A stretch of 60,292 nucleotides of DNA, taken from the IMG/VR virus record IMGVR_UViG_3300023184_000002, positions 1 to 60,292 of that record. One strand, 5' to 3'. Position numbers and translations under genes: made by a program. How positions within the stretch are numbered: position 1 is the first letter of the stretch; each line of letters begins with the position of its first letter. Shown here piece by piece: positions 46,851 through 55,844 of the stretch. The stretch comes from a virus (lineage: Duplodnaviria; Caudoviricetes). The notes beneath the pieces are model-generated. The model saw nothing but the letters and a program-made list of their open reading frames with translations. It searched no databases and was not told where the DNA came from.

Positions 46851-46999
46851 TATTTACCTGCCTTATGATTTTTGCGTTCCATCTCAATAAGTGAAACTGC
46901 TTCTTCCATGGTTATTAAATCTTCTTGTTGAGATTTAATAATGTCTATGACTAATTGAATTAAATTTGAACTCAATTTTCCGTCCTTCCTTTTTTGCCT

Positions 47000-47031
47000 A
47001 CACTTGATTGTAACACACTTTTAGTTTAGTT
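47000..47031 (-). promoter_or_regulatory. Repeated phage promoter upstream of the DNA-modification operon
   Basis: Minus strand AACTAAACTAAAAGTGTGTTACAATCAAGTGT, then SD GGAAGGA. Confidence 0.75.
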
Positions 47032-47284
47032 ATGACTCTTTGGGTTTCGTGTCATCTTTAGCCTGACATTTGCAATTATCACTTTCGCAACCGCCAACAA
47101 CATCCCAATCAAACCTGTCCCACTCAACAACTTTAGGCTCACGCTTAGGGAGGCTATTGCGAATCCAACTCAAAGCCGTCATTACTAACGCAATCCAGCC
47201 AAGAATTTGCACCGTGTATTCATGCCAATAAAAAGCCAAACCAACAATTGTGCCATTAACGGCAAACTTAAAATAGCCGTACAT
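47030..47284 (-). CDS. Small membrane protein (2 TM)
   Basis: Two hydrophobic segments; coupled to the ssb stop. Confidence 0.55.
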   Translation of the reverse strand: MYGYFKFAVNGTIVGLAFYWHEYTVQILGWIALVMTALSWIRNSLPKREPKVVEWDRFDWDVVGGCESDNCKCQAKDDTKPKES

Positions 47285-47703
47285 TAGAACGGAAATTCTT
47301 CAGACGGAGCAGGTGTAGCCCAAGGGTCAACTTCTTTAGAACGATTAGAACCCGAACCTTTGTTAATGCTTACAGGGTCACGCTTCAAATCAACTGCAAC
47401 ATTGTAAGCCTGAATTTGCATAGCCCCACCTTTGTTGCCTTCTTTGTTTTCCCATTCTTTCCAAGATGCCTTGCCGTAAACAACAACAGGGGAACCCTTG
47501 GTCAAAGATTCAGCAACATTCTCGCCTAACTTGTCCCAAGCAGAAACACGCCAAGCCGTTACATCGGTTGATTCCCAACCCGAATCTGTTTTCTTAGATG
47601 TTGAAGTTAAAACTGTAAAAGTTGCTACAGCCTTACCTTCTTTAGTAAATCGCAACTCAGGGTCGCCAGCAAGATTGCCAATTACCGTTACATTTGCACT
47701 CAT
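47284..47703 (-). CDS. ssb: Single-stranded DNA-binding protein
   Basis: VTVIGNLAGDPELRFT..GKAVATFTV, LGENVAESLTKG, DPW...EEFPF (actinobacterial type). Confidence 0.95.
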   Translation of the reverse strand: MSANVTVIGNLAGDPELRFTKEGKAVATFTVLTSTSKKTDSGWESTDVTAWRVSAWDKLGENVAESLTKGSPVVVYGKASWKEWENKEGNKGGAMQIQAYNVAVDLKRDPVSINKGSGSNRSKEVDPWATPAPSEEFPF

Positions 47704-48032
47704 TCGTTTTCCTTTTCTTTTTGGAGTTCTTTAATTAAAGCCCTTTTTTCACGGGCTTTAATTGCTTGAGGTGTTGTTGACAAAAACTCAAAAATTGGTT
47801 TTGCAACAATTCCCCTAGTCTTTCTTATCACTTTTCGTTGCGGATAGGTAGTACCGCCCCAAATTCCTTGAACATCAGTTTGTACAGCGTACTCCAAGCA
47901 TTCCTCAAGGAAGTGACATTTTTTACAAATTTCCATAGCGTCACGGTTTGCTCGTATAAGCGAACCATCTGGAAACCACATCTCTGGGTCAACTTGGGCA
48001 CAAAGTTGCGACCCATCAAACTTTGGGTACAA
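47700..48032 (-). CDS. whiB: WhiB-family Fe-S transcription factor
   Basis: CAQVDPEMWFP...CKKC....CLEYA...GIWGG. Confidence 0.93.
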   Translation of the reverse strand: MYPKFDGSQLCAQVDPEMWFPDGSLIRANRDAMEICKKCHFLEECLEYAVQTDVQGIWGGTTYPQRKVIRKTRGIVAKPIFEFLSTTPQAIKAREKRALIKELQKEKENE

Positions 48033-48296
48033 CTAATCTTCCTCTTCTTCCGAAGATAAGATTTCGTCCAACTCAGATTGTGATTTTGCCAAAATCCCAA
48101 CATGATGCCACGGTGGTGCTTTGTCATCGGTTAAAGTAACGGTGTAATACTCACCATTAATTGCAACCCATTCTGTTGCCAAAACCCACGCTGTTGAAAG
48201 TGCCCCTTCAGGAAACATTTCTTTTTGGATTTCGTACAGCATGTTGTCCACGGGGGACTTTTCTGACGCTTCAACAGCATCATCATCTTTTGGCAT
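48033..48296 (-). CDS. Hypothetical acidic protein (candidate leaderless gene)
   Basis: WVLATEW...PPWHHVGIL; TAGAAT-6 nt-ATG upstream. Confidence 0.6.
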   Translation of the reverse strand: MPKDDDAVEASEKSPVDNMLYEIQKEMFPEGALSTAWVLATEWVAINGEYYTVTLTDDKAPPWHHVGILAKSQSELDEILSSEEEED

Positions 48297-48305
48297 GCAC
48301 CTATT

Positions 48306-48434
48306 CTATTGTTTGTCCTTAAAGTTCTTGAGCAACTCGCAAGTGAAGCATTTTCCCAACTTCAACATGGGTTCCCAAACACGATGCCCACAATCGGGAC
48401 AATCAACAATTTTGGTGTCTGGCAATTCCGACAT
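48306..48434 (-). CDS. 42-aa Zn-ribbon protein
   Basis: Translated by hand: CPDCG...CFTC; fills the gap. Confidence 0.5.
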   Translation of the reverse strand: MSELPDTKIVDCPDCGHRVWEPMLKLGKCFTCELLKNFKDKQ

Positions 48435-48436
48435 GA

Positions 48437-48916
48437 TTAATACCAGCCCTGCCGATTATGAAAATCTAACGCTGAACATGGTGTGCCGTAACGATTTTGG
48501 ATGTAACCAATTCCCCAACGGATTTGGGTTTTGCCGTTCGTAAGGTAATCGGCACCAGCAGAACGCATTTTTGATGCAGGTAACGCTTGTGGAATTCCGT
48601 GGGCACCAGAACTGAAATTGTGTGCTTTTGGATTCCAGCCCGATTCCTCATTCCATAGTTTTACCAAACATGAATGTTGGTTTGAACTCCAACCCCGTTT
48701 AATGCCCTGTGAACGGGCATAGGAGCGTAAAGAAACCTTTACTGGTGGCTTTGTGTGGACAATTACTGAAACTGCCTGAGATTTGTTTTTAGCATCGTAT
48801 TTGGCTAGGGCAACTGCATCCGAGTATTCCAATGAGCCACAAAACCCAATTGCCAAAAATACTAAAAATGCGTAAAAGGTATTTACAACCGCTTTTCCTC
48901 GTTTGGTTAATTTCAT
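48437..48916 (-). CDS. Membrane-anchored lytic transglycosylase (SLT-like)
   Basis: N-terminal TM; LWNEESGWNPKA..SSGAHGIPQ...TQIRWGIGYI..RYGTPC.A......GWY. Confidence 0.85.
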   Translation of the reverse strand: MKLTKRGKAVVNTFYAFLVFLAIGFCGSLEYSDAVALAKYDAKNKSQAVSVIVHTKPPVKVSLRSYARSQGIKRGWSSNQHSCLVKLWNEESGWNPKAHNFSSGAHGIPQALPASKMRSAGADYLTNGKTQIRWGIGYIQNRYGTPCSALDFHNRQGWY

Positions 48917-49473
48917 GATTCCTCCGTGTGTCCACAGTTGCTACATGTGTGAATGCGTTTCTTACGCCCGTGAGGGCTTGTCTGACGCTCGTTGACGAAC
49001 TCAGGTAACACATACACCGCAGAACGACTGCGTTTTTCTACTAGGCGATTTATTCGGTTTTCTAGGTGCAGAACCGACAACACACTTGTTGCTTGACCAT
49101 GATGCCAGCCAAAGTGGGAAGCCAACTCTTTCCAAGTTAAGCCCAGAATACCAGCACCAGCCAACGCCTTAATTGTGTCTTTTTGTCGTTTACTGGTTGT
49201 ACCATCGGAATCTTCAGCAATGGCACGGGCTTTAGAAGTTTCAGAACCTGACCAGCCCGAAGTGTCGGCGTATGGCAAAAGTGGAAAATCTGCATTGAAA
49301 TTATTTGCGACCCAATCTGTTTGTGGGGTTAACGCATTGACGAACTGCTCTAGTGCTTCAAAGCGTCCACAATCGGAACAGATACGGGTTTTGTTATCTG
49401 TCCGAGATAGGGCTGGTGGAATTTTGCTGATGTCGCCACATCGGGGACATTTGAATGGGGTTTGCTGGGTCAT
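48913..49473 (-). CDS. Hypothetical protein with Zn-finger motifs and a central HTH
   Basis: CPRCG...ALSRTDN..ICSDCG; GLTWKELA...HHGQATSVLS; CSNCG. Confidence 0.65.
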   Translation of the reverse strand: MTQQTPFKCPRCGDISKIPPALSRTDNKTRICSDCGRFEALEQFVNALTPQTDWVANNFNADFPLLPYADTSGWSGSETSKARAIAEDSDGTTSKRQKDTIKALAGAGILGLTWKELASHFGWHHGQATSVLSVLHLENRINRLVEKRSRSAVYVLPEFVNERQTSPHGRKKRIHTCSNCGHTEES

Positions 49474-49647
49474 GTTAATTACCTACCGTTCGTAGTTCGT
49501 AACCTTCATACTTAAAAGCCCAATCAGCCGAGTATGAATGATTTTTGTGAATGTATGCAAGAACGCCTAACCAATCGTCAAATTCTTGAACAGGTTCGCC
49601 GTCACGGAATAATTGAAGTTTTGTTTGCTTTGTCATGTTTTTCCTTC

Positions 49648-50019
49648 CTAGTTAACTTCTACTGGTTTTGACCATTCGCCAAATTCGGGATGTGAACGGA
49701 AACAACTTGCGTAATAAGCCACTTCACCAACTTGGTCACAATACACACCTTCAACTGTCCCCTTGATGTTTTCGCTAATTCCCTTTTTGGTGTTTTTTAC
49801 GATAACTCGTTGAACGGTGTAGGTGTCGTCCCATGCAAGACGGATGCGAACTCGGTACCCGTAGGCTACTGGCAATTCGACTTGCTGGGTTTGTCCATCT
49901 TCAAATAATGTGGCACCGTCAATGTAAAAGCGTCCACCTGAAATGGCATAAATGTTAAACATTCCAAGTTGTGCTTTAAGCACCTGTGGGTCAAATGGTC
50001 GGGATTCTTGCTTTATCAT
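49648..50019 (-). CDS. Hypothetical protein (start MIKQES)
   Basis: SD AAGGA; AISGGR...L.WDDTYTVQR...GVYCDQV. Confidence 0.65.
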   Translation of the reverse strand: MIKQESRPFDPQVLKAQLGMFNIYAISGGRFYIDGATLFEDGQTQQVELPVAYGYRVRIRLAWDDTYTVQRVIVKNTKKGISENIKGTVEGVYCDQVGEVAYYASCFRSHPEFGEWSKPVEVN

Positions 50020-50033
50020 TTTTTCCTTCTTTC

Positions 50034-50363
50034 CTAGTAGGTTCCAACTGGGCTTTGTCCAAGACTTTCTTGTCCCGTCCACTTATTGAATGACCAGATG
50101 TAATCGCTAATTTTTACAATCCAGTTGTTTTGACCTTTGCCATTTATTTTGACTCGGCGAGTAATCGCATCCCCAACAAATTCGTTTGCAATCGGTGATA
50201 CATAATCGGAGTAATTTCCGTATTCTTTTTTTACTGCTACTTGACGCACCTTGACGCTCTTAGCGGTTTCACCAACTACTTGGTAGAAATTGTAAAATGT
50301 TGCATCGTAACCGTAGCAAGCATAAATAATGTCGCCTACTGCAAGTGGTTTTTGGTTTTCCAT
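50034..50363 (-). CDS. Hypothetical phage protein
   Basis: VGDII...GYDAT..NFYQVV; own promoter and SD. Confidence 0.7.
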   Translation of the reverse strand: MENQKPLAVGDIIYACYGYDATFYNFYQVVGETAKSVKVRQVAVKKEYGNYSDYVSPIANEFVGDAITRRVKINGKGQNNWIVKISDYIWSFNKWTGQESLGQSPVGTY

Positions 50364-50383
50364 TTTTCGTCCTTCCGTTGCTT

Positions 50384-50415
50384 ACACTTAATTGTAACAC
50401 ACTTTTGGTTTAGTT
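50384..50415 (-). promoter_or_regulatory. Repeated phage promoter
   Basis: Minus strand AACTAAACCAAAAGTGTGTTACAATTAAGTGT. Confidence 0.8.
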
Positions 50416-50423
50416 ATTACCAC

Positions 50424-50822
50424 TTAATCCATGCGACTATTTGATGACGCATCAATTCCGTTATCACGCAACACCTGAGCAAAAGCACGGGCATACGCTT
50501 GCTTGATTTCCATGGATTGACCATAGTCGCTAACCCAGACATAAAGACCGCCGTAATAATTCTTACTGGCTAATCCTGCGTTTTTTGCCCACCGACCAAA
50601 ACTGGTATTACCAGCAAAATTGATTTCGGCAAACCCACACACACCACCAGCGACAAAGTATGTTTTCTTGGTGTAGTCAATGTCGCTACCAAGTGGAGTA
50701 GTCGGAGTGCCAACTATCATTGGGGTCGGTATTGCTTTTTCTGCTGATGCTTTACCAGCCTTATCTGCTTCATCCCAAATTGCTTGGAACTTGGATTCAC
50801 GAACTTGTTTTGCTGTTGTCAT
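50424..50822 (-). CDS. Hypothetical phage protein
   Basis: GVCGFA...QSMEIKQAYARAFAQVL...SRMD. Confidence 0.7.
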   Translation of the reverse strand: MTTAKQVRESKFQAIWDEADKAGKASAEKAIPTPMIVGTPTTPLGSDIDYTKKTYFVAGGVCGFAEINFAGNTSFGRWAKNAGLASKNYYGGLYVWVSDYGQSMEIKQAYARAFAQVLRDNGIDASSNSRMD

Positions 50823-50851
50823 TTTTTGTCCTTCCCGACATTTTTATTTAT

Positions 50852-51118
50852 TTAAAAGTTGTAACTGAAAACTGCTTCATTGTGCTTGAACTTCCGAACA
50901 AACGCTTGCCCGTCAATGTTGGTAACTGGGAAATTTTTTGCATCTTCCCACTTGCCTTCGGCTCGCAAAAATTCCCAAGCCTCACAATCGGTTTCCAAAT
51001 AGATGACGCTATTTTCCTCGTCTATGTACCCGTAGCCCGTTCCGAAATTTTTTGCGTGTGGGTAATCATAAGTTGAAACTGCCAACCACCCGTGACTATC
51101 GTCTGTGATGAACTTCAT
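50852..51118 (-). CDS. Hypothetical phage protein
   Basis: D.SHGWLAV...YLETDCEA; SD GAGGA. Confidence 0.7.
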   Translation of the reverse strand: MKFITDDSHGWLAVSTYDYPHAKNFGTGYGYIDEENSVIYLETDCEAWEFLRAEGKWEDAKNFPVTNIDGQAFVRKFKHNEAVFSYNF

Positions 51119-51139
51119 TTTGTTCCTCTCTTTTGCCCT

Positions 51140-51171
51140 ACACTTAATTATAACACACTTTTGGTTTAGTT
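51140..51171 (-). promoter_or_regulatory. Repeated phage promoter
   Basis: Minus strand AACTAAACCAAAAGTGTGTTATAATTAAGTGT. Confidence 0.8.
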
Positions 51172-51178
51172 ATTACCA

Positions 51179-52114
51179 CTAAATTTCCCCACGCAAACGC
51201 TTCCAAGATTCACGGGCTTCCAAAGTTTCCTTAACTCGCTTGGCAACCTTTTTATCCAAGTCGGCACGAACCGCGTCAACTGATACACCATGTTTACCAG
51301 CAAGGGCTGACAAAATGTTTTCCAAAGATTCTTGGATAACCGCAACCTCATCTTCAGGCTTGTTGCCTTTCCAAAGAGCCAACGATTCAGATTTGTCAAC
51401 ATACCAAATCCGAGCCGTCCGTTCGGTTTTCAACTCTTCCACCACAAACTTGTCATTTCGCTTGTAGCCATCCGAAACCAAAAGTTCCGAACCGTCAACC
51501 GTTGGAGCCGATGCAATTCGTTTTGCTTCACGAACTTTTTTGGCTTCAGCCCGTTCAGCCTTCCGTGCTTCCTTTTCCAACTTTTCCTCAGTGACAATTA
51601 CTGATGGACGGTTAAGAACTTCGGCAGGAGCCGATGGGTAACACACGGTACAAGCATCTTGACCAGCATCCGACACAATGTCTTCTTCAGGTGAGCCACT
51701 GTATTGAACCAACCACTGATAATGAGTTGACGGAAAACATGTTGAACAGTTTTGGTTTTTGTGAACATGTCCGTTGGTGTTGGTGACAAGATAAGCCCGT
51801 GTCCATTTGTGCTGAAGATAAATTGCGTTCAAGTTTGCGATGTTGATTCGAATTTCATTTGCTTCGGTTCGTGCCTGTCGGTACTTTGCGATGATTTCTT
51901 GAACGCGAGTGTTATCTGGACTCACGCTATCAATTACGCTTCCGATTGATTCGCTGTAAACCCGTTCAAATTTAATAATTTCGTATTTGGCATTAGCAGA
52001 CCAATAAATTTCTGAGGTGTATCGTTCGACCTGAGATTCTGCACCAGCAAGTTTAAATAGGTATTCTGCAATTGCTGTATCGGTAGCAACTGCGAGGGTT
52101 TTTATGTCGGTCAT
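51179..52114 (-). CDS. Hypothetical protein with His/Cys metal-binding motifs
   Basis: WTRAYLV...GHVH...CSTC...ACTVCYPSAP. Confidence 0.7.
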   Translation of the reverse strand: MTDIKTLAVATDTAIAEYLFKLAGAESQVERYTSEIYWSANAKYEIIKFERVYSESIGSVIDSVSPDNTRVQEIIAKYRQARTEANEIRINIANLNAIYLQHKWTRAYLVTNTNGHVHKNQNCSTCFPSTHYQWLVQYSGSPEEDIVSDAGQDACTVCYPSAPAEVLNRPSVIVTEEKLEKEARKAERAEAKKVREAKRIASAPTVDGSELLVSDGYKRNDKFVVEELKTERTARIWYVDKSESLALWKGNKPEDEVAVIQESLENILSALAGKHGVSVDAVRADLDKKVAKRVKETLEARESWKRLRGEI

Positions 52115-52132
52115 GATTTGTCCTTCCTGTTG

Positions 52133-52165
52133 ACACTTTCAGTGTAACACACTTTTGGTTTAGTT
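52133..52165 (-). promoter_or_regulatory. Repeated phage promoter
   Basis: Minus strand AACTAAACCAAAAGTGTGTTACACTGAAAGTGT. Confidence 0.8.
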
Positions 52166-52172
52166 TTGACCA

Positions 52173-52397
52173 TTACGCAAGATTGACCCTGCGTAACGAT
52201 GCACATGGATACGGTTGCCTTGATTCGACATCGCCGATTACTTGCTTGCACTGGATACAAAACCCGTCAACATTTTTGTGTCGCTCTAAATGGCTTTGTT
52301 GAACTTCTGCATAAGTCGGCAGTTTTTCTTTTGGCTTTCGCTTTTGAACGCCGTACTGCTTGAGAAGTTCTTCCCTAGACAATTTGGTTTTTGTCAT
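52173..52397 (-). CDS. Hypothetical protein (CxxC...YPC)
   Basis: SD GGAGG; promoter copy upstream. Confidence 0.6.
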   Translation of the reverse strand: MTKTKLSREELLKQYGVQKRKPKEKLPTYAEVQQSHLERHKNVDGFCIQCKQVIGDVESRQPYPCASLRRVNLA

Positions 52398-52414
52398 TCC
52401 TACCTCCTACTACC

Positions 52415-52439
52415 ATTGTACCACAACTTTGGTTTAGTT
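52415..52439 (-). promoter_or_regulatory. Repeated phage promoter in the divergent region
   Basis: Minus strand AACTAAACCAAAGTTGTGGTACAAT; a rightward TGCTATAAT lies at 52511-52519. Confidence 0.7.
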
Positions 52440-52537
52440 ATAACCATTGGTATTAAAGGGTTTTTGGCATACTTAAACTAAACCCCCGATTTCATAATTG
52501 TCAGTGGACCTGCTATAATGGTTATGTGGGAGGAAAC

Positions 52538-53329
52538 ATGACAAAGCAAGTTAGATGGAAATGTCCATCGTGTGACAGTGGTGTTTTGAACTCTTCACGC
52601 CCACGCATGAATGATGTCAAACGATACTGTTTGCCGTGTTCTGCAAAATCTGGAGTGTTGGTTCAGCGAACTGCACCTGCACTTGAGAAACAGCGTGAAG
52701 CATCAAAAACTAAACAAGTAGCAAAGCAAACTGCCAAGCGAAAAAAAGAATCTGCAATTAAAAAACGGAAGGATGAACGAACCAAAGCCCAACAAGCAAT
52801 TTGGCGTGAGCAACGATTAACGGCTGAACGGCAAAAGAAAATTGCTAAAGCGGAATTGAACTGGGTTGGCGATTTGAACATTCCTAAAGAAGCCGTGAGG
52901 CTTTGGAAATTGTTGGAACCGTATCACCGTGGTCGGGCGTTACCGCCGATTGAGATTCGGGACAACAACTACAGGGGCAACTCAGGTTGGGCACATGTTG
53001 GTCAATCGTGGCGTGGCATCGTGGTCAAAAAGCAAAGCAATGAATCTGCGACTTGGATGTTGTTGCTACACGAATTGACGCACATGGCTGTTGGCGTTCG
53101 ATACCCGAATGGTCGCAATGGTCGTTGTTCGGCACACGATGAAACTTTTTACAAAGCGATGAAAGATGTGACGGAACGCCGATGGAAAACTAGAATCTCG
53201 TTTTATGAAGTTACCAAGTATGGCTACATTGTGGATGGAATAATTGGAAGCCAACTGTCCAAACAAGGCGTGGTGAAATTCCCACCACGCTACAAGACCA
53301 AGAAGCAAATAATGGAAGAGGTTGCATGA
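52538..53329 (+). CDS. Zn-ribbon plus SprT/WLM-like HExxH metalloprotease
   Basis: CPSC...CLPC; LLHELTH...AHDETFY; SD GGAGG. Confidence 0.7.
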   Translation: MTKQVRWKCPSCDSGVLNSSRPRMNDVKRYCLPCSAKSGVLVQRTAPALEKQREASKTKQVAKQTAKRKKESAIKKRKDERTKAQQAIWREQRLTAERQKKIAKAELNWVGDLNIPKEAVRLWKLLEPYHRGRALPPIEIRDNNYRGNSGWAHVGQSWRGIVVKKQSNESATWMLLLHELTHMAVGVRYPNGRNGRCSAHDETFYKAMKDVTERRWKTRISFYEVTKYGYIVDGIIGSQLSKQGVVKFPPRYKTKKQIMEEVA

Positions 53330-53544
53330 GGCTTTATTACGGTGACGACATGAATCGAACTCCCCGACAATACGAAGCAAAACCTATCGGTTACAACTTT
53401 ATGTGCCGATACAATCCCCGAACAAAAACTTGGGCATGCTGGAAAGTTGACGGAATGGGTAATCCTGTTCCGCAACTCAATGGCGAAATTGAAAAAGTGT
53501 TTAGTACCAAGAGCGAAATGGTTAATTTTGTTTTTGGCATGTAG
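53326..53544 (+). CDS. Hypothetical protein
   Basis: ATGA overlap with the upstream gene. Confidence 0.5.
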   Translation: MRLYYGDDMNRTPRQYEAKPIGYNFMCRYNPRTKTWACWKVDGMGNPVPQLNGEIEKVFSTKSEMVNFVFGM

Positions 53545-53578
53545 CCGTGGTAGCGTATAGACAACAGGAAGGACGAAC

Positions 53579-54508
53579 ATGTTATTAGTACACGATGAAG
53601 ATTTTAATAATTGGGTGTTTAGCAAATTGCATCCAACTCAAGGTCGCAGATTTATTAACGGACGAAACGCCATTATTGAATCAGCAAAATACGCTGGTAT
53701 CGAAGTTGAAGAAATAAAACCTTTTGACATTGACCCACAAGTTTTAACAAATGTGCATGACCCACTTTATGTTGCTGAAGTTTTAAAAAGTCATCAAAGC
53801 AATGAATGGCACGGTCAGCGACCAGACTTGTCAGCGTTAGCATTAAAGTTTGTTGCGTCAACACTTACAGCATTAGATGAACTCCGTAGGGGTAATCATT
53901 TAACAGCCGTAAATTTGACGGGTGCAAAACATCATGCCCAATTTGATTCCTCTTCAGGATTCTGTGTGTTTAATGATTTTGCTATTGCATCAAAGTTGCT
54001 AACTGATGATGGGCACAGGGTCGCTATTTTGGACATTGATGCACATCACGGTGACGGAACAGAAAACCTAACGGCTGATAATCCAAATGTTTTAACGCAT
54101 TCAATTCACGAGGCTGGCATTTTTCCTAACACTGGTTTTTACAACAATGTTTCAAAAAATGTTTACAACAGCCCGTTGCTACCAAACTCTGATGGTCGTG
54201 CATTGATTAAATGTGTTGAAGATTTTATTGACAGGGTTTTAAAATTTAATCCTGATTACATTTTTGTTGCTGGTGGTGCTGACGGTCATGCACTTGACCC
54301 GTTATCAGATTTGCAGTATCAACTCAATGATTACGAATCTGTTGGTTGGATGCTCCGAAAGAATTTTCCAAATACGCCGATGCTTGTTGGTGGTGCTGGT
54401 GGATACCGTCCCGATGATGCAACTCCGTTTGCTTGGGCATCGTTGGTAATGGGAATTGAAGAATGTCAATCAAATCAAAACAAGAAGGAAAAGCATGGAA
54501 AAGTTTAA
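53579..54508 (+). CDS. Zn-dependent histone deacetylase family protein (AcuC/AphA-like)
   Basis: GAKHHA, SGFCVFND, LDIDAHHGDGT, SIHE...FP.TG, GADGHALDPL, GGAGGY. Confidence 0.93.
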   Translation: MLLVHDEDFNNWVFSKLHPTQGRRFINGRNAIIESAKYAGIEVEEIKPFDIDPQVLTNVHDPLYVAEVLKSHQSNEWHGQRPDLSALALKFVASTLTALDELRRGNHLTAVNLTGAKHHAQFDSSSGFCVFNDFAIASKLLTDDGHRVAILDIDAHHGDGTENLTADNPNVLTHSIHEAGIFPNTGFYNNVSKNVYNSPLLPNSDGRALIKCVEDFIDRVLKFNPDYIFVAGGADGHALDPLSDLQYQLNDYESVGWMLRKNFPNTPMLVGGAGGYRPDDATPFAWASLVMGIEECQSNQNKKEKHGKV

Positions 54509-54701
54509 TGTCAAAATTGGTGACAAGATTGAATACCGAACTTCATCGGGGGAACTTCGTTCAATTGAAGTTACCAGTATTGAAATCGAAAACAGTCAAG
54601 GTGTATTCCTTGGCGAAACATTACCCGAACACCACAATGGAAAAGTTGAACTTGTTTGGGGCTGGGCTGACCAAATTGTAAAAGTCTTAAAGGAGGACTA
54701 A
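54495..54701 (+). CDS. Hypothetical protein (start MEKFNV)
   Basis: SD AAGGA; SH3-like pattern. Confidence 0.55.
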   Translation: MEKFNVKIGDKIEYRTSSGELRSIEVTSIEIENSQGVFLGETLPEHHNGKVELVWGWADQIVKVLKED

Positions 54702-54889
54702 TGAACTCTGATGAATGGAAGGGTTCGGGTGTGTTGTCTTACGATGTAGCAATTAAAGTTTCATGCCCAAATGAGAAATGTGATTTTGATGAAGTCACAG
54801 ATGTTCGCGTGGATGATTGGAAAAACTATTGGTTCGATTGTCCCAAGTGTGATTTTGATGACCAACTCAAAAGCGACACGCCGTTTTAG
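54701..54889 (+). CDS. Small Zn-ribbon protein
   Basis: CPNEKC...CPKC; SD GGAGG. Confidence 0.6.
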   Translation: MNSDEWKGSGVLSYDVAIKVSCPNEKCDFDEVTDVRVDDWKNYWFDCPKCDFDDQLKSDTPF

Positions 54890-54949
54890 GTTGTTGCTTA
54901 AAACTAACGCCAATACTAAATTGGCACTAAACCCCTACGAGAGGAAACC

Positions 54950-55354
54950 ATGAAGAAACCCCTAATAGCCGTAATTGGCTCTGCACTGCTGGTGCTGTCA
55001 CTAACCGCTTGCGGTGGTGGGTCAACATCAGCCACGGATACAACAGACACCACAGACACCACTGTTGTTGATACTCCAGTTGATAGTGGATACACAAACG
55101 CTGAAGACGAATTTTTGTACGATGTGCATAGTGTTGATAACCCAGTTATTGAAAAAAACACAGATAAACAAATTTTGGAAACTGGTCACATTGTTTGCGA
55201 CACATTAAATTCTGGTGAAACCGTTACCACAATTTCTAATTACTTAACCTCAACAGGTGATTATGAAGGTGATACCGCAATTGAATTTGTGGCAACCATG
55301 GTTGCTGGTGCAGTAATCAATTTGTGTCCCGAATACGAATACCAGTTGCCGTAA
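54950..55354 (+). CDS. Lipoprotein (DUF732-like)
   Basis: Signal peptide with lipobox LTAC; Thr/Asp linker; ETGHIVCDTLNSG...AVINLCPEY. Confidence 0.8.
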   Translation: MKKPLIAVIGSALLVLSLTACGGGSTSATDTTDTTDTTVVDTPVDSGYTNAEDEFLYDVHSVDNPVIEKNTDKQILETGHIVCDTLNSGETVTTISNYLTSTGDYEGDTAIEFVATMVAGAVINLCPEYEYQLP

Positions 55355-55495
55355 TGGTGACAAATCAATTTGGTACAGAGTGTCCACACTTTGTAATCAA
55401 AACTGCAAATGATGTAATCCTCACAAAAGTGATAGGTTCCATTATTTGTACAGAATGCAAGAACCCTGAAACCTCAAATGGAAGGAACTCCAAAC

Positions 55496-55723
55496 ATGGC
55501 AAAAAGTAAAAAACTAACTGGCATGAAGTGGCTACGCACCGAAATGGAACGCAACGGTTACAAATCGCTAGAAGCAGTCGCAAGTGAAATGAGCATTAAT
55601 CGTGGAAACCTTTATCGGTATTTCACTTTTGAAAATCGTCCAAGTGTTGACATGCTTCCAGTAATGGCAACTGCTCTAGATACCACAATTGACAATGTGT
55701 TGATTGCTTTAGAAGTGGTTTAA
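55496..55723 (+). CDS. XRE/Cro-like HTH regulator
   Basis: SLEAVASEMSINRGNLYRYFTFENRPSV. Confidence 0.8.
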   Translation: MAKSKKLTGMKWLRTEMERNGYKSLEAVASEMSINRGNLYRYFTFENRPSVDMLPVMATALDTTIDNVLIALEVV

Positions 55724-55844
55724 CCCCATAAATTTGCAGTCTTAGGTTTTGATGTTGTTGTCCTAAGATTTTGGAGGTGGGTTGCTCCGCCACTGCAAAC
55801 ACGGAGCCTTTAAACTTTTAATAAGAATCTAAAAAAGGAACTCA

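Noticed and set aside
5-52481. Numerous plus-strand ORFs antisense to the main genes (e.g. 1556..1957, 14178..14576, 45843..46397)
   Set aside because: Shadow frames of well-supported minus-strand genes with no motifs or SD
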